A DNA stretch of 64,000 bases from an uncultured Spirochaetales bacterium (GTDB lineage Bacteria > Spirochaetota > Spirochaetia > Sphaerochaetales > Sphaerochaetaceae). The notes beneath the pieces are model-generated. The model saw nothing but the letters and a program-made list of their open reading frames with translations. It searched no databases and had not been told where the DNA came from. The translations under genes and the position numbers were made by a program. This document shows positions 62,869-64,000 of the stretch, in pieces; position 1 is the first letter of the stretch; each line of letters starts with the position of its first letter. The stretch spans positions 4,514 to 68,513 of the forward strand of contig CASFZR010000002.1 in the NCBI GenBank assembly GCA_949299185.1, written 5' to 3'.

Positions 62869-63819
62869 TCAGAAATCAAGAAGCTCCACATCGAAGATAA
62901 GGAACGAATTAGGCGGGATGACTCCAGGATATCCATACTCGCCATATCCCAGCTCAGGCGGAATGATAAGCGTACGCTTCTCTCCCTTCTTCATGGTGAC
63001 AAGGGCCTCATTCCATCCCTCTATGACCTGCCCGATATTGAATACCGCAGGCTCCTTCCTGATAAGGGAGGAATCGAAGACCTTGCCGTTCAGAAGCTGT
63101 CCCTGATAATGCACCTTGACAGGCTGGCCCATCTTCGGGCTCTCAGTGCCAGATCCTTTCTTCTCAACAATATACCTTAACCCGGTATGGGTAATTTCGG
63201 CATTAGGATAACGATTCTCAATCTCACGCTCAACCTTCGCCCGGGCTTCCTTTAAGGCTTCCTTCTCTCTCTTCTCGACATTTTCAACATAAGAAGCGAA
63301 AGCATCACCAGATGTATCAAAGGCTTCAGCATCAGTTCCGACACGTATGATTTCAATGGAATTGATCCTATCATACTGTTCGATGCTGTTCACCACATCC
63401 TGCCCCTCGATCACATGACCGAAAACAGTATGCTTACCATCCAGCCAAGGTGTTGCAACATGGGTGATGAAGAACTGGCTACCATTTGTACCAGGCCCAG
63501 CATTGGCCATGGATAGCACGCCAGGGCCATCATGCTTCAACTGCGGATTAAACTCATCGGGGAACCTGTATCCAGGGCCTCCTGTACCGTCCCCCTTAGG
63601 GCAACCACCCTGGATCATGAAATCCTTGATGACCCTATGGAAGTTCAAGCCATCATAGAAAGGCTCTCCCTTATCGGCCATATTAAGCGTACCATCAGCC
63701 AATCCAATAAAATTGCATACGGTCATAGGGCACTTCTTATATTCAAGCTCAAGCACGATATCACCCTTGACGGTGTGAATAACGGCATAGATCCCATCTT
63801 TCAACTTTGTCTTATCCAT
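62869..63819 (-). CDS. Dual-family peptidyl-prolyl isomerase: N-terminal cyclophilin + C-terminal FKBP
   Basis: 316 aa. Cyclophilin motifs [13 protein letters not shown] and [21 protein letters not shown] motifs [18 protein letters not shown] and [18 protein letters not shown]. Confidence 0.9.
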   Translation of the reverse strand: MDKTKLKDGIYAVIHTVKGDIVLELEYKKCPMTVCNFIGLADGTLNMADKGEPFYDGLNFHRVIKDFMIQGGCPKGDGTGGPGYRFPDEFNPQLKHDGPGVLSMANAGPGTNGSQFFITHVATPWLDGKHTVFGHVIEGQDVVNSIEQYDRINSIEIIRVGTDAEAFDTSGDAFASYVENVEKREKEALKEARAKVEREIENRYPNAEITHTGLRYIVEKKGSGTESPKMGQPVKVHYQGQLLNGKVFDSSLIRKEPAVFNIGQVIEGWNEALVTMKKGEKRTLIIPPELGYGEYGYPGVIPPNSFLIFDVELLDF

Positions 63820-63854
63820 CTTAAAACTCCTATAGATAATATAGCATAGAAAAG

Positions 63855-63882
63855 CCCCTATGTTTCACGTGAAACACAGGGG
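63855..63882 (-). terminator. Intrinsic terminator after the partial upstream gene
   Basis: CCCCTATGTTTCAC / GTGAAACACAGGGG, a near-perfect 14-bp inverted repeat (one mismatch). Followed on the minus strand by CTTTTCT. Confidence 0.7.
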
Positions 63883-63909
63883 AATCAGTCAAATCAAAAG
63901 GAAATCTTC

Positions 63910-64000
63910 AGTCAAAGAGCGCATCGCCACCGGAGATAAGCGAATAGATCCTTTCAAGATCCTGTTGCGACCTGTATTTGATAAGCAACCTGCCTTTATC
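63910..64000 (-). CDS. C-terminal end of an unidentified gene (runs off the window end)
   Basis: Own translation of the minus strand: ...DKGRLLIKYRSQQDLERIYSLISGGDALFD-stop (TGA at 63910-63912). Followed by the terminator hairpin. Confidence 0.35.

Overview
Chromosomal window from a saccharolytic bacterium. The CFBP-type cyclophilin-FKBP fusion, the many sugar ABC systems and the heavy AGG/ATA codon use are reminiscent of Spirochaetota, but the taxon is inference only. Three themes. (1) A dispersed pectin/hexuronate utilisation regulon: uxaB-uxaA-uxaC with an SBF-type transporter, an IclR (KdgR-like) regulator, CE15 and CE12 esterases, two CUT1-type sugar ABC importers, a YesM/YesN-type two-component system, kdgK, an eda-VOC fusion, GH28, GH38, a GH63-like hydrolase, an IdnO/KduD-like SDR, and a 1019-aa AraC regulator with a fossil histidine-kinase core. 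(2) Housekeeping blocks: mutM, a tdk-like gene with deoC, NUDIX, AKR, yigZ, a five-tRNA operon, SRP RNA, dnaX-ybaB-recR, nagA, pepD, radA and a dual PPIase. (3) Three segments that look AT-richer by eye (not computed) and appear inserted. The first is an AAA/DUF4143 ATPase behind a 33-bp repeat array. The second is an island with an AlbA_2/HATPase_c_4 protein, a 98-bp tandem repeat carrying phased ATTTGCT heptamer pairs, and a HisKA_3/LuxR two-component pair. The third is an XRE repressor plus an M78(ImmA/IrrE) peptidase-Fic fusion, interrupted by one in-frame TGA, wedged between SRP RNA and dnaX. That last cassette is my best candidate for an undescribed system (a repressor/protease-gated Fic toxin). 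No integrase, transposase, CRISPR array or rRNA was seen. All domain calls come from motif recognition by eye and need HMM or BLAST confirmation.
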